Part shown: positions 40,517 to 49,892 of the stretch, in pieces
Layout of the letters: each line of letters starts with the position of its first letter
Position numbering within the stretch: position 1 is the stretch's first letter
Source of the DNA: a virus
Taxonomy: Duplodnaviria; Caudoviricetes
IMG/VR virus record: IMGVR_UViG_3300049740_002155
DNA length: 64,000 nt
Reading direction: 5' to 3' (one strand)
Notes under the pieces: model-generated
The model's database searches: none
Seen by the model: only the letters and a program-made list of their open reading frames with translations
What the model was told of the DNA's origin: nothing
Translations under genes and position numbers: made by a program

Positions 40517-42118
40517 ATGGCAGGTAATCAAAAAGTTCCATTAAGGGAAATAATAAAACAGGAGTATACGGAGTGTTTAAAATCACCGTCATACTTCATG
40601 AAAAAATACTGCAAGATTCAGCACCCAACTTTGGGTACGATTCCATTTGCACTGTATGACTTTCAGGCAAAAACTCTTGAAAGTTTTCGTGACGAACAAT
40701 TTAATATTGTTTTAAAAGCAAGACAAATGGGAATATCCACCCTTGTATCAGGATACGCATTGTGGTTGATGACCTTTTTTACAGATAAAAGTATTCTTTG
40801 TATTGCTATCAATCAAGAAACTGCAAAAAACATTGTTACAAAAGTAACTCATATGTCTGAACATCTACCGAGTTGGTTGCGAAGTGAGTGTACAGAAAAA
40901 AACAAACTTAGTATGCGTTTTAAAAACGGAAGTAATATTCGTGCAGCCTCAAGTAGTGTAGATGCTTCTCGTTCGTCATCATTGAGTTTACTTATCGTGG
41001 ACGAGTGTGCGTTTATTACAAACATGGAAGATATATGGACTGCGTCACAATCTACAATTACAACTGGTGGTCGTTCTATTCTGTTATCAACTCCGAATGG
41101 TATCGGTAACTTTTTCCACAAAACTTGGGTTGGTACTATGGATGGATCAAATGACTTTAATCCAATTAATTTGCATTGGTCATTGCATCCTGATCGTGAT
41201 CAAAAGTGGAGAGACCTACAAACCAAAGTTCTTGGTGAAAAAGACGCAGCCCAAGAGTGTGATTGTGACTTTATCAGTAGTGGTCGTTCGGTTGTGGATG
41301 CTAGTTTAATTGAATGGTACAAATCCACAATGATGAAGGAACCTGTTGAAAAACGAGGTGCAAACAAAGAATATTGGATATGGGAATATCCAAATCATAA
41401 CAAAGATTATGTTGTGGCTGCTGATGTTGCAAGAGGAGACGGAAAGGATAAAAGTGCATTTCATGTATTTGATGTAGAAAACGTAAGACAGGTGGCTGAA
41501 TTTAAAGGAGAAATAGAAACAAAAGATTTCGGCAATTTACTTGTTGCAGTAGCAAGTGAATTTAATGGAGCATTGTTGGTGGTAGAAAATGCAAATATTG
41601 GGTGGGCTGTGTTGCAACAAATAATAGATAAAGGATATAATAATCTTTATTACACACAAAGAGATTACCAATATATAGACGAATTTACTCAACATACAAA
41701 CAAATTGAACAGAATGGAAAAGAAGCAGGTTCCTGGTTTCACTACATCGATGAAAACACGTCCACTTATCATTAGTAAAATGGAAACATATGTCCGTGAA
41801 AAAGAACTTGAACTTGTATCAGAAAGAACTATTGAAGAATTATTCACATTTGTTTGGAATGGTCAACGTGCAGAGGCAATGCAAGGATATAATGACGATT
41901 TGGTAATAAGTTTGTGTATTGCTCTGTGGGTTCGTGATACTGCTCTAAGATTTAGATCAGAGAATATTGAAACTCAAAAAAGTTTATTTGACTATATGGG
42001 CAGTACGACAAATATGGATGCAGGACAAGCATTTTTAAATTCTGGTTTAAAGACCAATCCATATGAAATGAAAAATCCCCACGGAGGAAGTGAAAGTTTA
42101 GATTGGCTACTTAAATAA
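40517..42118 (+). CDS. gp17: Terminase large subunit
   Basis: LYDFQ, IVLKARQMGIST (Walker A), LLIVDECAF (Walker B), LSTPNG, ADVARGDG.DKS and DDLV nuclease motifs. Confidence 0.96.
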   Translation: MAGNQKVPLREIIKQEYTECLKSPSYFMKKYCKIQHPTLGTIPFALYDFQAKTLESFRDEQFNIVLKARQMGISTLVSGYALWLMTFFTDKSILCIAINQETAKNIVTKVTHMSEHLPSWLRSECTEKNKLSMRFKNGSNIRAASSSVDASRSSSLSLLIVDECAFITNMEDIWTASQSTITTGGRSILLSTPNGIGNFFHKTWVGTMDGSNDFNPINLHWSLHPDRDQKWRDLQTKVLGEKDAAQECDCDFISSGRSVVDASLIEWYKSTMMKEPVEKRGANKEYWIWEYPNHNKDYVVAADVARGDGKDKSAFHVFDVENVRQVAEFKGEIETKDFGNLLVAVASEFNGALLVVENANIGWAVLQQIIDKGYNNLYYTQRDYQYIDEFTQHTNKLNRMEKKQVPGFTTSMKTRPLIISKMETYVREKELELVSERTIEELFTFVWNGQRAEAMQGYNDDLVISLCIALWVRDTALRFRSENIETQKSLFDYMGSTTNMDAGQAFLNSGLKTNPYEMKNPHGGSESLDWLLK

Positions 42119-42135
42119 CAAAACGGAGAAAACAA

Positions 42136-42744
42136 ATGAAGATAACGCAAAATATACTCATAACAATATGCTTATTATTTTTTACAGGAGGTTGTGCAAC
42201 TCAATCTTTATTACCAACACAGGGGGTATATACTGAATCATCGTTTGAGACATACACTCAAGTTGAAGGTGTAGTTGAAAAAATAGTTCTAGGTGAAACA
42301 AAGTATTCTGACTTAGTTAAAATGGGACTAGACTTGGAAAATATTCCAAATGTAAAACGACTTACTTATCTCGATGTCATGAGTAAATTTAAATTAGATA
42401 GTCCGTCGAGATATACGTTATTTAATAAGATTGAGTTACCTGCGGGTGTTCTTAAAATGCTGGCTGCACGTGAAGATGGACTTGCATACGAAATTAATTT
42501 AGAAAGGATTAAAAATAAACGAGAAGGAAGTGTCATTTTAGATATACTAAACTTTAGAAAAAATGTACATACAACTGGTTGGAAGATAAGTGTTTTGATA
42601 TTAATTGTAGATGACACAGTAGAATATGTATTGTATTCTGGTGAGAAGAATATTGATACTTTAAAACGAGAACGAAATCCTTTGGGTCCGTTTCAAGGAT
42701 TTGATGGAGGTGACATCATTGGTGCGGCTAGTGATTTAAAGTAA
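42136..42744 (+). CDS. Predicted lipoprotein
   Basis: Signal peptide MKITQNILITICLLFFTGG|C with a lipobox Cys; GGAG RBS. Confidence 0.7.
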   Translation: MKITQNILITICLLFFTGGCATQSLLPTQGVYTESSFETYTQVEGVVEKIVLGETKYSDLVKMGLDLENIPNVKRLTYLDVMSKFKLDSPSRYTLFNKIELPAGVLKMLAAREDGLAYEINLERIKNKREGSVILDILNFRKNVHTTGWKISVLILIVDDTVEYVLYSGEKNIDTLKRERNPLGPFQGFDGGDIIGAASDLK

Positions 42745-42755
42745 TATATATTAGA

Positions 42756-42784
42756 TTGACATATATGTATATATTTAATAGAAT
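42756..42784 (+). promoter_or_regulatory. Near-consensus sigma70 promoter upstream of portal
   Basis: TTGACA-17bp-TAGAAT. Confidence 0.7.
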
Positions 42785-42806
42785 TTATCATTTATAAGGT
42801 TACACA

Positions 42807-44630
42807 ATGGCAGACCCTAAACAGAACAAATTATTTGGAGCATTAAAACGACTTTTTTCAAGTGGAGTTATTGTACGAAATGTCGGTGGAAAAAAACTAA
42901 AAGTAGCAGACACCGATAATTTACAGTATTCAAAAAAAACAAGAGACAAATATGATCGTATGCATACTTTGTATAGTGATTATGCAAACGGATTCAATAA
43001 TATAGGATTTCAGACTGCACGACTTGAATTGTTTAGTGATTATGAAGTAATGGACACCGATCCAATTATTTCAAGTGCATTGGATATTTATGCAGACGAA
43101 TCTACTACACGCAGTGAGTTTGGTGAAATACTAAAAATATCAAGTAATGATTCAAATGTTAAAGGTATTCTTGAAAATTTATTTTACGATATATTAAATG
43201 TAGAGTTTAATTTATGGGGTTGGATTCGTAATATGTGCAAGTATGGTGATTTTTATCTTCATCTTGAAATTGAACCTGAGTATGGTGTGTTAAATGTCAA
43301 ACCTGTTTCAACATATGAAATGACACGAATTGAGGATATGGATCCTGATAATCCACAATTAGTAATGTTTAAACAAGAAGGTCAGTATCGTGCAAATTAC
43401 GAAAACTATGAAATAGCACACTTTAGATTGCTCGGAGATACAAATTATCTTCCTTATGGAAAAAGTATGGTTGAGGCTGCTAGACGAACATGGAAGCAAC
43501 TTCAACTCATGGAAGATGCTATGCTTATTCATAGAATAATGAGAGCACCTGAAAAAAGAATGTTTTATATTGATATCGGTAATATTCCACCAAACGAAGT
43601 TGATAACTTTATGCAAAAGGTTATTAATAAAATGAAAAAAGTTCCGTTTGTTGACGAAAAGACAGGAGATTATAATCTAAAGTTTAATTTGCAAAACATG
43701 ACTGAGGACTTCTTTATGCCTGTTCGTGGTGGTGATAGTGGAACTCGTATTGAAAATTTAGGTGCAATGACCTACGATGGAACGGAAGATATTGAGTATG
43801 TTAAAAATAAGATGATGGCTGCACTTAAAATACCAAAAGCATTTTTAGGATACGAAGAAGGTATAACTGGTAAAGCAACATTGGCTGCCGAAGACATTAG
43901 ATTTGCAAGAACAATTGAGAGATTACAGAGAATCACGATAAGTGAGTTGACAAAGATTGCAATAGTTCATCTTTATTCACAGGGTTACACAGATGCCAAA
44001 TTAGTTGATTTTAATTTAAAATTGACCAACCCTTCTACAATTTTTGAAGAAGAACGTGTAAGAATATTGTCAGAGAAATTATCTACTGCACGTGATATGG
44101 TTGATGCAAAAATGTTTTCAAAAGATTGGGTCTATGATAAAATATTTGGTCTTGCAGAAGACGAGGTTAATGAAATTAGAAGTAACTTTGTGGACGATGC
44201 AAAGGAATTTTTCCGACTTGAAAGTATTCAAAATGAAGGAAATGACCCGGCTGACCCAACTCAAAATCAGACAGATACAGAAGATGATGGGTGGGGTTTT
44301 GGTAAACTTAGTGACGAAGAAAAGCAAGAAAAAATACATCAACGTGAAAAAGACGAAAACAAAAGAAAGAATGACGGAAAAAAATACGATCATCCGGATG
44401 ATAAACCAATGGGCCGTGATAGACTCGGTGCGGATGAAAGACGGAATTCTGGACGAGATTGGGGTGATAGTCCTCTAAAACTTGAAGCAGATTTGCAAAA
44501 GTTAGATTCTTTCTTGAAAACTTCTAAAAAAAGTGAAACAAAAATTGCAAAGTTATTAACAGAAAGTGAAGAAAAATCAAAAGATGATAATAGCAATTTT
44601 TTAGGTGAAGATAATTTAATTGAAAAATAA
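42807..44630 (+). CDS. gp20: Portal protein
   Basis: YEVMDTDPIISSALDIYADE, KYGDFY, LMEDAMLIHRIMRAPEKRMFYIDIGN and EDFFMPVRGG are T4 gp20-family motifs. Confidence 0.96.
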   Translation: MADPKQNKLFGALKRLFSSGVIVRNVGGKKLKVADTDNLQYSKKTRDKYDRMHTLYSDYANGFNNIGFQTARLELFSDYEVMDTDPIISSALDIYADESTTRSEFGEILKISSNDSNVKGILENLFYDILNVEFNLWGWIRNMCKYGDFYLHLEIEPEYGVLNVKPVSTYEMTRIEDMDPDNPQLVMFKQEGQYRANYENYEIAHFRLLGDTNYLPYGKSMVEAARRTWKQLQLMEDAMLIHRIMRAPEKRMFYIDIGNIPPNEVDNFMQKVINKMKKVPFVDEKTGDYNLKFNLQNMTEDFFMPVRGGDSGTRIENLGAMTYDGTEDIEYVKNKMMAALKIPKAFLGYEEGITGKATLAAEDIRFARTIERLQRITISELTKIAIVHLYSQGYTDAKLVDFNLKLTNPSTIFEEERVRILSEKLSTARDMVDAKMFSKDWVYDKIFGLAEDEVNEIRSNFVDDAKEFFRLESIQNEGNDPADPTQNQTDTEDDGWGFGKLSDEEKQEKIHQREKDENKRKNDGKKYDHPDDKPMGRDRLGADERRNSGRDWGDSPLKLEADLQKLDSFLKTSKKSETKIAKLLTESEEKSKDDNSNFLGEDNLIEK

Positions 44631-44693
44631 TTAGGTAAAATCTATTTTATATTTATATTTATAGTCATATATATATTAAGACACTACATCGAT

Positions 44694-45563
44694 GTGAAAA
44701 AACTAAAACATAGTAAATACAAAAACACAGGCATTTTGTTCGAACTTTTGGTCAGACAAATAACGGCTGATGTATTGGATGGCAATACAGCATCAGATGC
44801 AAATAAGTTACTAAAAAAGCATTTCGCAGAGAATACTGCATTGGGAAAAGAGCAAAGATTATATCAACTATTGATAGAAGAAACAACCGGTGATTCTTCA
44901 AAGGCAGAGTCTTTGTTGTCGGTGGTTGTTGAAAATCATAAAAAATTAACTCAAAAAGAATTAATAGATGCTCGTTATAATTTGGTAAAAGATATTAAAG
45001 AGTCTTATCCAATTAATGATTTATTTAGATCAAAGATAAGAAACTATAAAACATATGCAAGTATTTACAAGTTATTTGAGAGTCACAATCCATTAGTTTA
45101 TTGTGATCCGAAAGAAATTTATGAATCAAAAAACACCATCTTAAAAAGTTTGTGCTCCCGCACTTCTGAAAAAAATGAAGTAGTTGATGTTAATGATTAT
45201 GAAAAGCAAAATGAAGATTTGCGATTAATTGCATACAAATTACTCGTAGATAATTTTAATAAAAAATATAGTTCACTTGACGAGTCTCAACAAACTTTAC
45301 TTAAAAATTATATAAATAATATATCAAATACAAATAGTTTGCGTGAGTATATAAACAAACAAGTTCCTTCGATAAAAAATAAAATTAACAAATATTCACA
45401 ATCAATTGATGATGATGTAGTTAAAATAAAACTAAAAGAAGTTATTTCTCAACTTGATAAAACAACTGCGGGTAAAGTTGTGAGAGATTCCCAGGTATCA
45501 ACCATTCTTATTAGTTATGAGTTAATTAAAGAATTGAAGAGACACACAGATGAAAAAAAGTGA
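44694..45563 (+). CDS. Conserved head-region protein
   Basis: MKKLKHSKYKNTGILFELLVRQIT; directly downstream of portal with tandem late motifs at 44649-44662. Confidence 0.75.
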   Translation: MKKLKHSKYKNTGILFELLVRQITADVLDGNTASDANKLLKKHFAENTALGKEQRLYQLLIEETTGDSSKAESLLSVVVENHKKLTQKELIDARYNLVKDIKESYPINDLFRSKIRNYKTYASIYKLFESHNPLVYCDPKEIYESKNTILKSLCSRTSEKNEVVDVNDYEKQNEDLRLIAYKLLVDNFNKKYSSLDESQQTLLKNYINNISNTNSLREYINKQVPSIKNKINKYSQSIDDDVVKIKLKEVISQLDKTTAGKVVRDSQVSTILISYELIKELKRHTDEKK

Positions 45564-46029
45564 ATTAAAAACTTTAATAAAAAAAATTATATGTGAGTTA
45601 CAAGACGAGGATTCCGACATCCACGAAATAAATACTACCGGTAACATTGAAGGTTATCAAACTCCACACGCATTTAGTTCTGATGATGAAGACGAACATA
45701 AAAAAGGAATTAAATCTACTGCTGAAGTATTTGACTATAAATCAACCGAAAATAAAAAAACAAATACGGTAAAGTTGAACGAAGGCAAAAGTTTATTTCA
45801 TACATTTAGAGATCATCCCGATCTGTCACCTGAACAGAAAATGGGAGTTGCGGTTCGTGAGGTCAATAAGTTATTAAGTGAGGTTGAAAAGATAATGAAA
45901 GTTTCTTCTCGTTATAAAACCGAATCAAATATTAATAGTGGTCGTATGTGGAAGACGACCAATAGATATCTACTAAAACTTGAAGAAAGATTAAAACGAA
46001 TATCTATGAAAATCAAAGAAATGAAATGA
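45550..46029 (+). CDS. Probable internal head protein
   Basis: Starts MKKSELKTLIKKIICE, has IHE| and LNE| sites and a GYQTPHAF motif. Confidence 0.7.
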   Translation: MKKSELKTLIKKIICELQDEDSDIHEINTTGNIEGYQTPHAFSSDDEDEHKKGIKSTAEVFDYKSTENKKTNTVKLNEGKSLFHTFRDHPDLSPEQKMGVAVREVNKLLSEVEKIMKVSSRYKTESNINSGRMWKTTNRYLLKLEERLKRISMKIKEMK

Positions 46030-46039
46030 GGTAATTGTT

Positions 46040-46423
46040 ATGAAAAATTGTCAAAGATTAGATAATGTTGCAACCAACATGATTCCGTTTGAAGAAAAAA
46101 CAGCAAAACTTATTAAGAAAAATAAAACAAGTATAAAATTAACAAGTTCAAATACAGGTAAAACTCTTGCAAAAAAACTTGGTGAAAATTGGACCCCCCA
46201 TGCTAATTTGTGTGAAATATCATCCGAATCAAATGGTATTAAAACTTTTATACGGGTTAACAAAAATTCTAAAACAAATGAATTTGAATATTCATTTAGT
46301 TTTGATACATCTGAACTAAAAAATAATTCATTTAGAGATGTTAATGAGTTGAAGCAATCTGTGAGCAACTCACTTGTTGATGTAGTAAAAACAATTGCAG
46401 AGTGTGGCAATAAATTAGGTTAA
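46040..46423 (+). CDS. Hypothetical protein
   Basis: 127-aa ORF with a GAGG RBS in the head operon. Confidence 0.65.
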   Translation: MKNCQRLDNVATNMIPFEEKTAKLIKKNKTSIKLTSSNTGKTLAKKLGENWTPHANLCEISSESNGIKTFIRVNKNSKTNEFEYSFSFDTSELKNNSFRDVNELKQSVSNSLVDVVKTIAECGNKLG

Positions 46424-46426
46424 ATT

Positions 46427-47065
46427 ATGTGTGATTGTGGATGTGGAAGTTGTGAGATAGCAGAGGATTCTTCTCAAAGTGATCCAAGTATGGATGATTT
46501 TAAATCTGCTCTGAAGCATCTTGGTGATTCAATTAAATCAGTACACAAGTCAAGTGAGGGTAAAAAATTATCAACGGAATACTGGTTAGACCTTGTAAAT
46601 CTTTTAAAAAAAGCAAAATTGGGTGTTTCGATGATGGAACTTGGTATTGATGACGAAGAAGAAATTAAAAATACACACGATGCTACAATCAAAAAAGTGA
46701 AACCAACACCTGACGGAGAAAAAGGTGAAGGTGGTCCTAGAGATGGAACTGAACCACAGAAATCTGATACTGATTCTAAGCAAACTGAATCAACCGATGG
46801 CATATATGATAAACTAAACCATTTAACTATTTTATTAACAGAGAACTCTTTTGAAAACATTGAAAGTGACGGAACTGAACTTCATATCTGTAAGAATGAA
46901 AGAAAGTTTACCATAAAATATGATGATTCGTTTTATATGATTTCTGAGAACTACAACTTTGATCTTGGTTGTGATGATTTAAATGATGTAGTAAATATAT
47001 TTATTAAATTGAGTAATCAAACAGAAACTGCATTAAAAGAAGATTATCGTATGTCAGCCCAATAA
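46427..47065 (+). CDS. Hypothetical protein with Cys-rich N-terminus
   Basis: Starts MCDCGCGSC; has LTE and LKE sites. Confidence 0.65.
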   Translation: MCDCGCGSCEIAEDSSQSDPSMDDFKSALKHLGDSIKSVHKSSEGKKLSTEYWLDLVNLLKKAKLGVSMMELGIDDEEEIKNTHDATIKKVKPTPDGEKGEGGPRDGTEPQKSDTDSKQTESTDGIYDKLNHLTILLTENSFENIESDGTELHICKNERKFTIKYDDSFYMISENYNFDLGCDDLNDVVNIFIKLSNQTETALKEDYRMSAQ

Positions 47066-47121
47066 CTTTAATTCTAAAAAAAAATAATTAAATTAAGATA
47101 CATATATACTTATTTATTAGT

Positions 47122-47751
47122 ATGGCAAAAAAAATAATAGTATCTACAATGCCCTTTGAGTTTAGTCCTGAGCAGATAAGTGAAAGCATAGAAAAAAATT
47201 CAGGTAAACTATTGGTCAGAGGTATTCTGCAAAAAGCAACTGAGCAAAACCAAAACGGAAGAGTTTATAGTCGTGCTTTGCTTGAACGTGAAGCAGGTAA
47301 ATATCAAGAAATGATAAACGACAGACGAGCATTGGGAGAGTTAGATCACCCGGAGAGTAGTGTAGTCAATTTACAAAATGTAAGTCACAATGTTACAAAG
47401 ATGTGGTGGGATGGTGATAATCTTTTGGGTGATGTAGAAATACTTGGAACTCCTGCTGGTAATATTTTAAAAGAACTTTTCAAGGGTGGAATTACACTTG
47501 GAATCAGTTCACGTGGAATGGGAACAACCCGTGAGCACGAAGGAAAGACAATGGTAAACGATGACTTTGAATTGGTCGCATTTGATTTTGTCAGTAATCC
47601 TTCCACCAGAGGTGCATTTTTAGAACCGGTTAAATTAAACGAATCAGTTACACATGAGACTAAAGTTGTAACAGAAGGCCGAGTTTGCACAAAATACTGC
47701 AAACTTGAAGGAATAATCCACGAAATACTTAATGAAGTAGGAGATATGTAA
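47122..47751 (+). CDS. gp21: Prohead protease
   Basis: NQNGRVY, ALGELDHP, LGISSRGMG and FDFVSNPST are T4 gp21-family motifs. Confidence 0.95.
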   Translation: MAKKIIVSTMPFEFSPEQISESIEKNSGKLLVRGILQKATEQNQNGRVYSRALLEREAGKYQEMINDRRALGELDHPESSVVNLQNVSHNVTKMWWDGDNLLGDVEILGTPAGNILKELFKGGITLGISSRGMGTTREHEGKTMVNDDFELVAFDFVSNPSTRGAFLEPVKLNESVTHETKVVTEGRVCTKYCKLEGIIHEILNEVGDM

Positions 47752-48209
47752 TGGCTACTGATAATAAACTACTAAAAAGTGTAATTCTTGAGGTTCTTCG
47801 TGAGGAAAAGCAAAAACAATTAAATGAGTTTAATCCTGATACCGGTAGATTTGCTGACGAGGGGTTGTCAAGTGAGCAAAAAAAATTAACATCTGAGAAA
47901 ATTTCTAAGTTCGGTAAATATCAAAAATATATTGCACTTGAGGCAAGAGACATGAATGTTGCAGAGGATATATGTAATATTGTAGAAAACGCATCCAAAT
48001 ATATTTTAAATGAAACTGATGACTGGTTTGATGCTATTAGTGTTAAACGGAATTTAAAAGAGATAAAAACTTTAGCAAAAGAATTCTATAAAACTGCAAG
48101 TGAACGACAAGTTTATACACAAAGAATGCAAAGTTTATATGAAGATATGGGAAATATTTTAAACAGATACTTTGAAATCAAAGGAGAATTATCGGATGAA
48201 CAGAGATAA
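47751..48209 (+). CDS. Probable internal head protein
   Basis: LLKSVILEVLREE...QLNE| propeptide-like N-terminus; C-terminal YEDMGNILNRYFEI. Confidence 0.7.
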   Translation: MATDNKLLKSVILEVLREEKQKQLNEFNPDTGRFADEGLSSEQKKLTSEKISKFGKYQKYIALEARDMNVAEDICNIVENASKYILNETDDWFDAISVKRNLKEIKTLAKEFYKTASERQVYTQRMQSLYEDMGNILNRYFEIKGELSDEQR

Positions 48210-48921
48210 CTTAAAAAACTTTATTACAAAAGTTCTACTAGAAAAGGTAGACACTACACCAAATGTAATCGGCAAACTTGTTAAGAAAACCGTAAGTTTT
48301 CGTGGAATAGACAGACAATGTGTATGCGAAGGAACTATTGAAGATGCAAATCAGTATGCCTTTGAGAATGATCTTTCTTATACATTAGAGTCTTCGTCTC
48401 ACTTTGGGGGGCATTATGTTAGTGAAATGACTTCATACGAATTTCAACCAAATGCTGAATTTTACGGAGACTTAATGGAGACCAATTTGTCTGCAAGAGA
48501 GCAATTTTCTAGAATATGTGGAACAAATGACCAAATTTTAAAAGAAGTAGATGCCCAAGGTTCTGAAAACTTAGTCGAGTTTATCTGCACCGATAAGACT
48601 TTTCGTGAAGATAGAACTGATATGGTATTTGAAAAGATTAAATCTGATGTGAATGGAAGGATGTACGATAAAACTCAGTTTGTTAAATTATTTGAATATC
48701 TCGTAAAACAGGCAAATTTAGTATGTGAAAATAAAAATTTATCAGAGTCAGAACTAGAATATGCAACAAAATTACTTTCACAAAGATTTTTTAAAAATGA
48801 AATTGAGTCTCCGTCTTGGGTAACCGAAGCAGAAACATTATGTGGAAAAAAATCATTTAAAACAGGAAACGCATTGGAAAATATGCAAAGAATAGTATCA
48901 GGACACCAAATGTTCTTATAA
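48196..48921 (+). CDS. Probable internal head protein
   Basis: ATG at 48196 with an AAGGAG RBS; N-terminus MNRDNLKNFITKVLLE. Confidence 0.65.
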   Translation: MNRDNLKNFITKVLLEKVDTTPNVIGKLVKKTVSFRGIDRQCVCEGTIEDANQYAFENDLSYTLESSSHFGGHYVSEMTSYEFQPNAEFYGDLMETNLSAREQFSRICGTNDQILKEVDAQGSENLVEFICTDKTFREDRTDMVFEKIKSDVNGRMYDKTQFVKLFEYLVKQANLVCENKNLSESELEYATKLLSQRFFKNEIESPSWVTEAETLCGKKSFKTGNALENMQRIVSGHQMFL

Positions 48922-48936
48922 GGAATAAAACTTAAA

Positions 48937-49677
48937 ATGAAAATAACAAAATCAGAACTTAGAGAAATTATTCAAGAAGTAGCAGACGAACTTGGTTTGT
49001 TTGAAGGTTTGACCGCTGCCCAAGAAAAACTACCAGAACCATTAAAGAAAGCAATTCTTAAAAAGCAAGGAAAGCAAGAAGAGTCAGATGATTCTGAAGA
49101 AGAAGCAGTTGAAGAAGGTTTGACCGCAGCCCAAGAAAAACTTCCTGAACCATTAAAGAAAGCAATTCTTAAAAAGCAAGGAAAGCAAGAAAAATCTGAT
49201 GATGATTCTGATGAAGAAAAAATTGAAGAAGGTAATGCGTTTGGAGCGGCAGTAAAGGCTGCACGTGACAACGGAGATTCTGAATTTGAAGTAGGTGGAA
49301 AAAAGTATAAGTTAAAAGAGAAAAAAGAAATCACAGAGGACACAGAAGAATTTACTGGTGAAGAAGACGAAGACGATGTAGAAGAAGGAAATGCATTCGG
49401 TGCAGCTGTAACTAAAGCAAAAGAAGATGGAGATTCTGAATTTGAAGTAGACGGAAAAACTTACCAAGTTAAAGAATCATCATGTGACCAACACGAAGAA
49501 GACGAAGATGACGTTGAAGAAGGAAACGCATTCGGAGCAGCCGTTACTAAAGCAAAAGAAGACGATGACACCGAGTTTGAAGTAGATGGTAAAACATACA
49601 AGGTTCGTGAAAATTGGTCTAAGATTACACTTGCAGAAAAACTAAATAGAATGCTTGGAAATCGTAAAGTTTTGTAA
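48937..49677 (+). CDS. Repeat-built internal head protein
   Basis: MKITKSELREIIQE N-terminus, then 2x EGLTAAQEKLPEPLKKAILKKQG and 3x EEGNAFGAAV..A...GD.EFEV.GK.Y. Confidence 0.8.
   Translation: MKITKSELREIIQEVADELGLFEGLTAAQEKLPEPLKKAILKKQGKQEESDDSEEEAVEEGLTAAQEKLPEPLKKAILKKQGKQEKSDDDSDEEKIEEGNAFGAAVKAARDNGDSEFEVGGKKYKLKEKKEITEDTEEFTGEEDEDDVEEGNAFGAAVTKAKEDGDSEFEVDGKTYQVKESSCDQHEEDEDDVEEGNAFGAAVTKAKEDDDTEFEVDGKTYKVRENWSKITLAEKLNRMLGNRKVL
49003..49191 (+). repeat. Two near-identical 78-bp direct repeats (49003-49080, 49114-49191)
   Basis: Directly visible; the few differences are synonymous. Confidence 0.9.
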
Positions 49678-49706
49678 AATACTACACCAAAAACACTTAA
49701 AAAACT

Positions 49707-49736
49707 AAAAAAGGGAAGAAAATCTTCCCTTTTTTT
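49707..49736 (+). terminator. Rho-independent terminator
   Basis: AAAAAAGGGAAGA-AAA-TCTTCCCTTTTTT. Confidence 0.85.
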
Positions 49737-49892
49737 ATATATTTTTGTATATTTTTAAATATTTGTTTACATAAGTATATATTTATCTTTCAAAATGTTT
49801 TCACTTTATTGAAAACCACAATTAAAGGTTTTAATTATTTGAAGTCCTATTAAAATGACTTTACCAAACTAATCTATAAAGGATAATTAACC

